NCBI GenBank assembly: GCA_965200315.1
Contig: OZ241362.1
Coordinates: forward strand, 2,528,001 to 2,592,000
DNA from: Candidatus Latescibacterota bacterium
Lineage (GTDB): Bacteria; Latescibacterota; UBA2968; UBA8231
Direction: 5' to 3'
DNA length: 64,000 bases
The notes below the pieces were generated by a model. The model ran no database searches, was not told where the DNA came from, and saw only the letters and a list, made by a program, of their open reading frames with translations. Of the stretch, positions 1 to 9,310 are shown piece by piece (within the stretch, counting starts at the first letter, position 1; every line of letters starts with the position of its first letter). A program made the translations under genes and the position numbers.

Positions 1-2
1 AG

Positions 3-317
3 GAGACCTGCCTCTCCGCGAATGTAGAAGCCTACGCCGACTTCCTCAAACGCCTGACGTGGTCGGCGTTGCACGATCCGGGCCGCACCGATGCCTTTGC
101 CCGAGCCAGCTACCTCTACCTTGAAGACGAAGAAGGGACAATAGACACCCTCGCCATTGGCGCAGCCGACGACCGAGGCCGCTACCTCCGCCTTCACACC
201 ACTGGCCACGTCTTCTCCATAACGCCTGAAAAAGCCCCACTCCTCTTCCCCACTCGCTCCGCCCTGCTCGACACGCTCTCCCAACCCTCGCCCTACCACC
301 AAGTCGAGCCGTTCTAG
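3..317 (+). CDS. hypothetical protein, 3' part (frame open from window edge)
   Basis: Frame of ORF 69..317 is open back to position 3; stop lies 12 nt before the next ATG. Confidence 0.5.
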   Translation, partial: ETCLSANVEAYADFLKRLTWSALHDPGRTDAFARASYLYLEDEEGTIDTLAIGAADDRGRYLRLHTTGHVFSITPEKAPLLFPTRSALLDTLSQPSPYHQVEPF

Positions 318-329
318 GCTCACTTAGCC

Positions 330-727
330 ATGCTCTATTGCAACCTGCTGCGCCACCAGTGGAAAGAGTTCATCCGCAACCCCTCTTGGAGTGGCATAAG
401 CGTCGCCTACGCCATTTTTCTAATTCTGCTAGCCCTGTACTTCCTGCTCGTCCTCGCCCTTTCGGGTGCCATGCTCGGTCGTCTGCTAACTAGCCAAGAG
501 CCCGCAGCCGATGTCGTCCTCGTAGTCAATCGGCACTTATTGAGCGGTTTCTTGCTCTTATTCCTAGCCCGCTTGCTCTTCCAAAACACGCCGCAGATAG
601 CAATGGGTCCCTATCTTCACTTACCCATTTCCCGGCCCGCTCTAACGCGATTTTTCTCTTTCGCGGCCCTGTTCCACCTGCAAACCTACTGCCGCTGGCT
701 TTCTTCATTCCGTTCTGGATCAGCAAT
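330..727 (+). pseudogene. truncated ABC-type permease (DUF5687-like), frameshifted and fused to downstream ATPase
   Basis: N-terminus LLRHQWKEFIRNPSW, TM helices and PYLHLPI motif; frame shifts at ~680 to NLLPLAFFIPFWISN, which reads directly into LQVQNLQKRYG of the ATPase. Confidence 0.65.
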
Positions 728-742
728 CTACAAGTCCAAAAT

Positions 743-1429
743 TTGCAAAAGCGCTACGGCCTAACCACGGTCCTCAACCTGCCCACACTCGATATCGACA
801 GCGGTGCTAGCTTCGGCTTGGTGGGCAACAACGGTGCTGGCAAAACCACCTTTTTGCGCCTCGTCCTCGATCTGATCCGCCCAAACGAGGGCCAAGTACT
901 GATCAACGGGCAAAACGTGTCCCAAGACGCCGCTTGGAAGAGCTGCACGGGATCTTACCTAGGCCCTAGCTTCCTGATCGACTATCTGACGCCCGTGGAA
1001 TACATCCACTTCGTCGGCAGCCTGTACGGGATGAACCCGGTCCAGATAGAGGAAAAATGGGGCCACTACCGCCCCTTTTTCGGCGATCAACCACTCGACG
1101 GGAGCGAGTATATCCGCAATTTATCCGCGGGCTCACAAAAAAAGATGGGGCTTGTCGCAGCCTTGATGGTCGAGCCGCGGCTACTGGTACTAGACGAGCC
1201 TTTCGCCAATCTCGATCCGACGAGCCAAATCCGCCTCAAAGACATGCTGAAAACCCTCGACCAAACCGCCGATACTACGCTCATTATCTCCAGCCACGAT
1301 CTCAACCACATCACTGAGGTCTGCCGCCGGATCGCCGTCATTGAGCGCGGCATCATCGTGCGCGATATCCGCACGGCCCCGGATACGCTGCGGGAATTGG
1401 AGTGCTACTTTGCCGTCGAGGAAACGTAA
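743..1429 (+). CDS. ABC transporter ATP-binding protein (native start probably lost)
   Basis: Walker A GNNGAGKTT, signature LSAGSQKK, Walker B LLVLDEP, H-loop SSHDL. Confidence 0.9.
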   Translation: MQKRYGLTTVLNLPTLDIDSGASFGLVGNNGAGKTTFLRLVLDLIRPNEGQVLINGQNVSQDAAWKSCTGSYLGPSFLIDYLTPVEYIHFVGSLYGMNPVQIEEKWGHYRPFFGDQPLDGSEYIRNLSAGSQKKMGLVAALMVEPRLLVLDEPFANLDPTSQIRLKDMLKTLDQTADTTLIISSHDLNHITEVCRRIAVIERGIIVRDIRTAPDTLRELECYFAVEET

Positions 1430-1458
1430 AGGTTTAGTCGCGCTGCTCCACCTATAAC

Positions 1459-1493
1459 ACCAAATGGGACCTCGATTTGAGGTCCCATTTGGT
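1459..1493. terminator. hairpin terminator between convergent genes
   Basis: 15-bp perfect inverted repeat ACCAAATGGGACCTC / GAGGTCCCATTTGGT with 5-nt loop. Confidence 0.8.
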
Positions 1494-1514
1494 TAACGCG
1501 CTGTGCAGCGGCTG

Positions 1515-4500
1515 CTACCTGAGCAGCAGCATCTTCTTGACCTTGAGAAATTCTCCGCCCACCTGCAAGCGGTACAAATACATCCCCGAAGACAAGCTGT
1601 GGCCGCTGTCATCGGTTGCGTCCCACTCCACTGCGTAGCGACCCGCGCTCTGATGCTCGGCCACCAGCGTCCGCACCGGCTGACCCATTATGTTATAGAC
1701 AGTCAACTCCACGTCTGCCGCCTGCGGCAACGCATACTGGATCGTCGTCGTCGGATTGAACGGGTTCGGGAAGTTGTCCGCCAACGCGAATGCAGTCGGC
1801 CGCGGTTGAATTGCCGCCTTCGCCGCTCTTGGGTCGCTTATCGCGATCTCTACCGAGTCCCCCTCCAGCCCGTCAATCGTACCGATCAGCCTAATGATCT
1901 CGTCGCCTTCCTCCAAGTTGTCGGCTCTTGGATCAACGTGAAAGTTCACCCTCCCTGTTATCGAGCCGGCCATAATCTCAATTTTAGGAGTAAATAACGC
2001 GGCGTAGTCCAAATCGCGCGTGGCGGTGGAAGCGTTATCTATAGACAAACGCACGGTCGCGGCCTCTGCCAACGCCTTGCCGTCCAACGTGGCGGTCACC
2101 GCAATAGTGGTCAAATCGTCATTTTCACTCAACGTGCTCGGGTCCGCCGACAGCGCGATGGACGTACTCGGCGTTTCGTCGTCTCGGATCGCGATGTTGG
2201 TCACTATAGTCTGCCCGGTCGATACGAGCGTGGCCTGCACCCCTATCGCCTCCAAGCCCTCTTCATTATTGTCGTTGATCGGCGTGAGGACCAGCACCGC
2301 CGTCCCCTCGGTAGCGCCGGCCGGAATGGTGATAAGCACTTCGAGATTTACTGTGTAGTCCACATCGCGCGTCGCCTCCGTCCCCTCACTTGGGGCCACA
2401 ATAGCGAGCTGCACGCTCTCGTCTGCCGCCGCGGCGGCCTCCAAGGTAAACGTCAGCGAGACTTCCATCTCCGCAGCGTCCTCGCGGATCATCGCAGGTG
2501 CTGCCATCAGCCCAGCGGCCACAACCATAGGAACCTCCGCAGCGGGATTGACTTCAATGGTGAAGACCAGCGCTGCGCTTTCGCCCGAATCAATGTCGAC
2601 CGCCGTGTACGTAACTTCGACCGCACCGGCGGTGGCTTGCGTAGGCGTACCCGAAAGCGTCCGCGTGGCCGAATTAAACCACAAACCCGCTGGCAGAGCC
2701 GAGACGCTATACGCCGGGTGACAGTCCCTATCCGTAACTTCCGGCAGCACCAAATCGACAATCGCCGTGCCCACAGTGTAGGCCCGGGCGGCAATCGCAG
2801 CGCCCGCAGCAAAGGACAGCACTATCCCTTCCTCAGCTCTTACAGTAATAGCAAAGGACAGCACTGCCGCTTCGCCATCTCTATCGGTCGCCGTGTACGT
2901 AATTTCGACCGCACCGGCGGTGGCTTGCGCAGGCGTACCCGAAAGCGTCCGCGTGGCCGCGTCAAATGACAAGCCCGCTGGCAGAGCCGAGACCTGGTAC
3001 GTCAGATCGCCATCGCCGGTAGCCTCCGGCAGCACCAAACTGGTAATCGCCGTGCCCACAGTGTAGGCCCGGGCGGCAATCGCAGCACCCGCAGCAAAGG
3101 AAGGCACAGTGCCCTCGCTGCCGTCTCGCAGCGTTACATCTACCGTGCCGACCGTCAAATTGACCGCTTCGCCATCGGCATATTGGGCGGAGACTTGCCG
3201 GTTGGCATACGGCACCGTCAGCCTAATTTTCTCTTCGCCTTCCTCAGCCCCGTCGTCAATCGGGATGATGGTGATCGTCGTCGTCCCCGACACCGCGCCG
3301 GCCGGAATCGTCAGAGGACGCAGGACGGCCGTGTAGTCTACATCGCGCGTCGCCTCGGCCACATCGACGACCTCGTTATCCGCGTTTGTATTTTTGGGAT
3401 CGGGGTCAATGATCAGCAGCACGATCACGTCTTGGTCAAACACCCTCCCGTCCAATGTGCCGGTCACCGCAACATCGGTCCTACCAGCCCCCTCGCTTAG
3501 CCTAGTCGGAGTCGCCGTCAGCGAGATGCTCGTGCTGTTCGCGTCGTCGTCGGCGATGGCTATCGTTTTAATCGCCGATACGTCGCCGACTGCGATCTGT
3601 ATGTATATCAAACCGCGCGCAACCTCTGCGCTGTCGTTGTAGGGAGTAATGGTGAAGGTCGTCGTTCCCTCAGCCGCACCGGCTGGGATGATAAACGGCG
3701 CAAAAGACAGCGTGTAATGCACATCGCGCGTCGGCGCGCTCGTCACCGCACCCCCCGACGGCAACCTCTCACCTACTGACAACACACGCAGCCGCACCGT
3801 CTCGTCCTTAGCCAAGGCATTTGTCAATGAGACTTTCAACTCGATGGTCGTCTCACCGGCGTCCTCGCGCACACTCTCTTGACTAAGCGTAATGGCATCG
3901 GCCGTGGCAGCGACCCCTTTCGTCATTTTGAGATCCAACGGGCGAATCGTTAGCCCATTTGCAATCTGTATCCCCTCATTATTCGCATCACTATCGGGCG
4001 TAGCCACCCGAATCGTGCCCGGCAGCCGGTTTCTAGGAGTGATGATAATCGTCGCCGTCCCCGACACTTTATTGCGCGGAATCGTCAGCGGCGCCAGCGT
4101 CACCGTGTAGTCCAAATCGCGCTGCGCCTCGCGATTGTCCTTGGTCGCATCCGCATCGTCGATAGTGCCGTCGCCATTGGTATCGGCGTTGGGATTGGCC
4201 CCCAAGTCGGGATGATCGCCAATGGTCAAGACGAAACTTGTCGCCTGTCTTAGTACCTTGCCATTTAGGGTCGCCGTCACGGCGATCTCGGTCGCACCAT
4301 CGAACCTATTTAGCTCGACAATATCGGCCGACAGAGCGATGTTTTGGCTGTCCTTGTCGTCGTCAATAAGCGTGATCGTCGCCGACTCGACCGTCTTAAT
4401 GCCAGCATTGCCGCGGATCTCGACAGGAAGATCTGTGTCAACGACATCATTGTTAATCGGGGTGAGGGTGATCGTAGCCGTGGCACTTTTCTCGCCAGCC

Positions 4501-4781
4501 GGAATCCTGAGCAGGGTCAGCCTTATGTAGAAGCGACTATTAAGCCCCTCATGGGAGACACTCAAGAGCACATACGTATCCGTATCCGCCGCTGTGTCAT
4601 CCGTAGTTTGGGCTGTTACAGCGATATCGGTCGCGCCGGCATCCTCGCGTACGCTCTCGGGATTTACCGACAGTTTTAAGTCCTGCGCCGCAGCCTCCCC
4701 AGCCCACCCCAACACCAAACCAACAGCCAGCAGCCAAGGCACACAGGCCAGACGTTGCATAAACAACTTTGTATATAACAT
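1515..4781 (-). CDS. large secreted repeat protein: Calx-beta/Ig-like repeats, putative Ig (He_PIG-like) domains, C-terminal FlgD/T9SS-like domain
   Basis: GGGAG RBS before ATG 4781; signal peptide ending GEAAAQ; repeated ATRDVDY modules; two (FD)AATRTLSGTP domains; C-terminal LADNFPNPFNP...KKMLLLR. Confidence 0.85.
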   Translation of the reverse strand: MLYTKLFMQRLACVPWLLAVGLVLGWAGEAAAQDLKLSVNPESVREDAGATDIAVTAQTTDDTAADTDTYVLLSVSHEGLNSRFYIRLTLLRIPAGEKSATATITLTPINNDVVDTDLPVEIRGNAGIKTVESATITLIDDDKDSQNIALSADIVELNRFDGATEIAVTATLNGKVLRQATSFVLTIGDHPDLGANPNADTNGDGTIDDADATKDNREAQRDLDYTVTLAPLTIPRNKVSGTATIIITPRNRLPGTIRVATPDSDANNEGIQIANGLTIRPLDLKMTKGVAATADAITLSQESVREDAGETTIELKVSLTNALAKDETVRLRVLSVGERLPSGGAVTSAPTRDVHYTLSFAPFIIPAGAAEGTTTFTITPYNDSAEVARGLIYIQIAVGDVSAIKTIAIADDDANSTSISLTATPTRLSEGAGRTDVAVTGTLDGRVFDQDVIVLLIIDPDPKNTNADNEVVDVAEATRDVDYTAVLRPLTIPAGAVSGTTTITIIPIDDGAEEGEEKIRLTVPYANRQVSAQYADGEAVNLTVGTVDVTLRDGSEGTVPSFAAGAAIAARAYTVGTAITSLVLPEATGDGDLTYQVSALPAGLSFDAATRTLSGTPAQATAGAVEITYTATDRDGEAAVLSFAITVRAEEGIVLSFAAGAAIAARAYTVGTAIVDLVLPEVTDRDCHPAYSVSALPAGLWFNSATRTLSGTPTQATAGAVEVTYTAVDIDSGESAALVFTIEVNPAAEVPMVVAAGLMAAPAMIREDAAEMEVSLTFTLEAAAAADESVQLAIVAPSEGTEATRDVDYTVNLEVLITIPAGATEGTAVLVLTPINDNNEEGLEAIGVQATLVSTGQTIVTNIAIRDDETPSTSIALSADPSTLSENDDLTTIAVTATLDGKALAEAATVRLSIDNASTATRDLDYAALFTPKIEIMAGSITGRVNFHVDPRADNLEEGDEIIRLIGTIDGLEGDSVEIAISDPRAAKAAIQPRPTAFALADNFPNPFNPTTTIQYALPQAADVELTVYNIMGQPVRTLVAEHQSAGRYAVEWDATDDSGHSLSSGMYLYRLQVGGEFLKVKKMLLLR

Positions 4782-4830
4782 TACTTGATCTCCCTGAGAA
4801 GAGTGGTTGACTATTGGTCTGTAATATAAA

Positions 4831-4866
4831 AAATGGGGTCTCAAACCGCAGTTTGAGACCCCATTT
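4831..4866 (-). terminator. intrinsic terminator
   Basis: 16-bp perfect inverted repeat AAATGGGGTCTCAAAC / GTTTGAGACCCCATTT followed by a U-run on the minus strand. Confidence 0.85.
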
Positions 4867-4890
4867 CGTTAACGGGCTATGTAGTGATTG

Positions 4891-7800
4891 CTACTTGAGC
4901 AGCAGCATCTTCTTGATTTCGAGGAACTCCCCGCCCACCTGCAAGCGGTAGAAATACATCCCCGAAGACAAGCTATGCCCACTGTCATCGGTCGCGTCCC
5001 ACTCCATGACATACCGACCCGCGCTCTGATGCTCAGCCACCAGCGTCCGAACCGGCTGACCAACTACATTATAGACGGTCAGCTCCACATCCGCCGCCTG
5101 CGGCAACGCATACTGGATCGTCGTCGCTGGGTTGAACGGGTTCGGGAAGTTGTCCGCCAACGCGAAGGCGGTCGGCAGCGTCTGCAACGATAGCAACGCG
5201 GTCGCGCCGTTGGCGTCCGTAACCGTGTACGTATAGGCAGTTTCGGCCGCCGCGCTCGGCGTACCCGAAATCGTCCGCGTGGCCGCGTCAAACGTCAGGC
5301 CCGCCGGCAAGGCCGGCGAAATACTATACGTCAGCGGCGCAGTGCCGCCCAAAGCCTCCGGCAGCACGAGGGCTTCCACCCGCTGGCCAACGATGAATTC
5401 GCGGATTTCAGCCAAGTCGTGCGAGGCCATCGGAACGACTTTGCTAGAACCGAAAAAGTCGAAGAAATCGCCAAACGACAGCTTCGCATTGACCTTAATG
5501 GTGAAAGTCAACGCCGCGGCCTTCCCATCGCTATCGACCACCGTGTAGATGATGGAGACCGCTTCGTCAGTCACTGTCGAAGGAGCGCCCGAAATCGTCC
5601 GCGTGGCCGCGTCAAACGACAAGCCCGCCGGCAGGGCCGAGATGCTGTACCTCAGCGGTAGAGTGCCGCCCAAAGCCTCCGGCAGCACGAGCGGGGGAAT
5701 CGGCGTCCCAGCGGTGTACGATTGGTTTGGGATCGTGGTGCCGTCGGCGAAGGCGAGGGTCGAATCACCCGGATCATCCGGATCAGGCGTCATCGGTGCT
5801 TGGTCGCCGAGGGTGATCTCTGCCTCATCTCCCATCAATCCGTTAATTGCACCAATCAGCTTGATGGTCTCGTTGCCCTCCGCTAGATCGTCGTCCACTA
5901 TGCGGATCCTAAGCTGCGTGGCCCCCATTATCGAGCCGGCTGGAATCTCAATCAGTGGATTGGCGAATAGTGCGGCATAGTCCACATCGCGCGACGCTGT
6001 TGACACCACATCAATGGCCACGACCACAGTTGCGTTCTCGGCCAACGCCTTGCCATCCAACGTGGCGGTTACCGTAACCTCAACCTCACCGCTTCCTTCA
6101 ATTATCGTGTGCGGATTCACCGACAGCTCAATGGAAGTACTCGGCGTCTCGTCGTCGGCGATCTCGATATTCGTCAATAGCATCGCACCAGATGAGAATG
6201 TAGCCCGCACACCTAACGCTCTCACGCTATCCATCTCGGTGTTGTTAATAGGAGCGAGGGTAAGCGTTGTCGTCCCAACGGTAGCACCGGCCGGAATGGT
6301 GACAACCGATCCCAGTTTCGCAGTGTAGTCCACATCGCGCACAGCCGGCGTACCTTCGCTTGGACCTACAATCGTGAACGTCACTTGCTCGGCTGTGCCC
6401 CTAGCCGCGTCCAAGGTCAAGGTCAGCAAAATTTGCGTCGCCTCAGCGTCCTCGCGGATTGACGAAAGATCCGCTGTCAATTCAGCATTCGTAGCTGCAA
6501 TCGGCGTCTCAGCAGTATTGACCGAGATAGAAAAAATCAACGCGGTGGCATTCTTTTCGCCGTCAATGACCGTGTAGATGATGTTGACTGGGGCATCGGT
6601 CACTGCCAAAGGCGTACCCGAAAGCGTCCGCGTTGAATCGTCAAACGCCAAGCCCGCGGGCAGCGTCGAGATGCTGTATGTCAAGTCGCCCGTGCCGCCC
6701 GTAGCTGCCGGCAGTACGAGCGGCTCAATCGCCGTTCCAACTGTGTACACTTGGGCGGAGATCGTATCGGCAGCGGTAAAGGCCGGGCGCGTCGGATCAC
6801 TAGGCGGAGGCTGCTCATCTTCTTCGATGGCATCTTTCAGCGTTATCCTCGCTGGATCAACCGTCAGCTCTTGGAGGTCCCCGTCATCGTCTTCGGCTGC
6901 AGGCAGTTTAGACGACAGCGTCCCCAAGCCGATCTTCTCGCCATCGTCCTTGAGGTCGTCGGCGGTAGGGGTAATGGTGATCTTCTCCATCCCCGACACC
7001 GAGCCAGCCGGAATCACCAAAGGAAGGAGCGAAGCGGTGTAATCTACATCGCGCGTCGCCGCTTTGTCATCATCGTTCACCTTGCCATCGCCGTTGATAT
7101 CGTCGTTAATGACCAACACTACGACCACGTTGTCTTTGAACTCCTTCCCGCTCAAGGTGCCGGTCACCGTAACCTCGGTCGCTCCCTCGCCCTCGCTTAT
7201 CTCGGTCGGATTCACCTCTAGCGTGATCGAATCGCTCGTCGTGTCGTCATCAGTAATCAGGATGCCTGTGGAGAGGTCTTGGTCTCCAACCCTCGCTTTC
7301 ACCTTGAACGCCCGCGGCTGGTCTCCTTTGTTGTTGTCAACGGGAGTGACCATGATCGTCGTCGTCCCTTCTGTCTCGCCCTTCGGGATGGTGAGCGACG
7401 GCACTTCCGCAGTGTAATCCACATCGCGCGTCGCATTGACCGCACTGTCGAAAGCGTCGCCTAGATCGTCGCTCGCATCCTCAATAGTGAACCGCACCGT
7501 CTCGTCGCTCAACAAGGCGTTCTGTAAGGAAACTTTCAGCATAATCTCCCTCGGCCCAGAGTCCTCGCGTATTGAGAAAGGAGTCGCTGTCAGCCCTTTA
7601 ATCGCTTTAGCCGGCTCGGGCGTTATCTCGATTGCCTTACGCTCAACCGTTATGGGCTGTTCGTCGTCATTAGAAAGGTCGGCGTCATCAGGAGCCTCCA
7701 ACCAGATGTTGCCGGATCCTACATCTTTGGGCCGGATGGTAATCGTCGTCGTCCCTGACACCCTCCGGTCAGGAATGGTTATCGTAGAAAGCGTCGCTGA

Positions 7801-9207
7801 ATAGTCCACATCACGCGTCGCGCTATTTTCACCTGTCTCATCGATAACCAAGGAAAAACTCAAGTCTTTTCTTAGCGTCTTTCCATCCAGAGTAGCCTTC
7901 ACTTCGATGTCGGTCGCACCACCCTTCTGGCTTATATCGGCATCGGAAAACTCGAGATTGATCTTCGTGCTGGGCTTGTCAGTATCAATCAATGTAATGG
8001 ACACAGGCTTGACTTTTTCACCAGAAGCGGCCGTACCCTCAATAGTAATAATAAGATCTGAAACGCCGGTTTCATCCGGAACGCTGGTTCCATCCGGAAC
8101 GGGGATAAAGTTGATCTGCCCTTCGGCCTCCTTCTTTCCCTCCTCAATCACGAGTGTAGGTAGCGTTATGCGGAAGCGGCTATTGAGCCCCGTAACGGAT
8201 TGGAGGCTCAAGATCACATAGGTGTCTTTGGACTCCGCAGTATCATCGCTAACTTTGACTTTCACCGTGATATCTTGCGGCTCGGCGTCTTCGCGTACAC
8301 TACTGGAGCTTACCGATAGTACGTAATCAAATGAACGCATCACGGTAACGGTAACGGAGAGATCACTGTCATAAGAGAGCTCAAACTGGTCGTCAACCTC
8401 GAGCGTATGATTATCAGGCAACGTGAACACCAAGGTCGCACTAGGACCAAAAGACGAAAGGCCATTAACAATCTGCCAGCGGTAATCATCGGTGGTCCCC
8501 ACACTCGACAGGGCTACAGCCTCACTCCCAGCACCATCGGGATCGAGAGACAACACCACCGGATTTGTGACAGACGGATCAGACGGATCTGTGCCAAACT
8601 TGGCATCATCCGTGACGTCGAAACGGAAGCTATTGTCCGTATCAATCATCCCGATGTCACTCAACTGGACCGTCAACGTATTTTCCGACAGAGTCGCGCT
8701 GGCAGTCGCACCCGACGGAATCGCCGACTTATTAATTGTCACTTCAACAGAGAGAGCACCGCCATAAGAGAGTTCAAACTGGTCGTCAGCCACGAGCGTA
8801 TGATCATCAGGCAACGTGAACACCAAGGTCGCACTAGGACCAAAAGACGAACCAGTAGGAATCTGCCAGCGGCGATTATTCGGGTTATCCAAAAGCGGCA
8901 GGGGTGTAGCCGCCTGACCCGTATTCTCAGCACCATCGGGATCGAGAGACAACTCCGGATCTGTGCCAAACTTGTCATCATTCGTGCCGTCGAACGTGAC
9001 GTCGAAACGGGAGCCAGCGGACCAGCGAATGGTCCCAATATTGCTTAATTCAACCGTCAACGTATTGCCCGCCAGGGTCGCGCTGCCAGTCGCACTCGAT
9101 GGCGTTTGCGCTGCTGCTTCCCCTACCCAGCCCAAGCAAGCGAGCAGCAACCAAGGCACACAGGCCAAACGCTGCATCTGAATCAATGATTTTGTACGTA
9201 ATAGCAT
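4891..9207 (-). CDS. large secreted repeat protein, paralog of 1515..4781 with two extra N-terminal repeats and three putative Ig domains
   Basis: GGGGAG RBS before ATG 9207; near-identical signal peptide MQRLACVPWLL...GEAAAQ; ATRDVDY repeats; FlgD/T9SS-like C-terminus. Confidence 0.85.
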   Translation of the reverse strand: MLLRTKSLIQMQRLACVPWLLLACLGWVGEAAAQTPSSATGSATLAGNTLTVELSNIGTIRWSAGSRFDVTFDGTNDDKFGTDPELSLDPDGAENTGQAATPLPLLDNPNNRRWQIPTGSSFGPSATLVFTLPDDHTLVADDQFELSYGGALSVEVTINKSAIPSGATASATLSENTLTVQLSDIGMIDTDNSFRFDVTDDAKFGTDPSDPSVTNPVVLSLDPDGAGSEAVALSSVGTTDDYRWQIVNGLSSFGPSATLVFTLPDNHTLEVDDQFELSYDSDLSVTVTVMRSFDYVLSVSSSSVREDAEPQDITVKVKVSDDTAESKDTYVILSLQSVTGLNSRFRITLPTLVIEEGKKEAEGQINFIPVPDGTSVPDETGVSDLIITIEGTAASGEKVKPVSITLIDTDKPSTKINLEFSDADISQKGGATDIEVKATLDGKTLRKDLSFSLVIDETGENSATRDVDYSATLSTITIPDRRVSGTTTITIRPKDVGSGNIWLEAPDDADLSNDDEQPITVERKAIEITPEPAKAIKGLTATPFSIREDSGPREIMLKVSLQNALLSDETVRFTIEDASDDLGDAFDSAVNATRDVDYTAEVPSLTIPKGETEGTTTIMVTPVDNNKGDQPRAFKVKARVGDQDLSTGILITDDDTTSDSITLEVNPTEISEGEGATEVTVTGTLSGKEFKDNVVVVLVINDDINGDGKVNDDDKAATRDVDYTASLLPLVIPAGSVSGMEKITITPTADDLKDDGEKIGLGTLSSKLPAAEDDDGDLQELTVDPARITLKDAIEEDEQPPPSDPTRPAFTAADTISAQVYTVGTAIEPLVLPAATGGTGDLTYSISTLPAGLAFDDSTRTLSGTPLAVTDAPVNIIYTVIDGEKNATALIFSISVNTAETPIAATNAELTADLSSIREDAEATQILLTLTLDAARGTAEQVTFTIVGPSEGTPAVRDVDYTAKLGSVVTIPAGATVGTTTLTLAPINNTEMDSVRALGVRATFSSGAMLLTNIEIADDETPSTSIELSVNPHTIIEGSGEVEVTVTATLDGKALAENATVVVAIDVVSTASRDVDYAALFANPLIEIPAGSIMGATQLRIRIVDDDLAEGNETIKLIGAINGLMGDEAEITLGDQAPMTPDPDDPGDSTLAFADGTTIPNQSYTAGTPIPPLVLPEALGGTLPLRYSISALPAGLSFDAATRTISGAPSTVTDEAVSIIYTVVDSDGKAAALTFTIKVNAKLSFGDFFDFFGSSKVVPMASHDLAEIREFIVGQRVEALVLPEALGGTAPLTYSISPALPAGLTFDAATRTISGTPSAAAETAYTYTVTDANGATALLSLQTLPTAFALADNFPNPFNPATTIQYALPQAADVELTVYNVVGQPVRTLVAEHQSAGRYVMEWDATDDSGHSLSSGMYFYRLQVGGEFLEIKKMLLLK

Positions 9208-9254
9208 TACTCTATCTCCCCAAGTTAAGAGCAATTACTGGTGGTTTTAGAATC

Positions 9255-9289
9255 GTGGGATAGGGCTTCGCGTTGAAGCCCTATCCCAC
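9255..9289 (-). terminator. hairpin terminator
   Basis: 15-bp perfect inverted repeat GTGGGATAGGGCTTC / GAAGCCCTATCCCAC. Confidence 0.75.
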
Positions 9290-9310
9290 CAACTCGCTGT
9301 GCAGTGGGTG

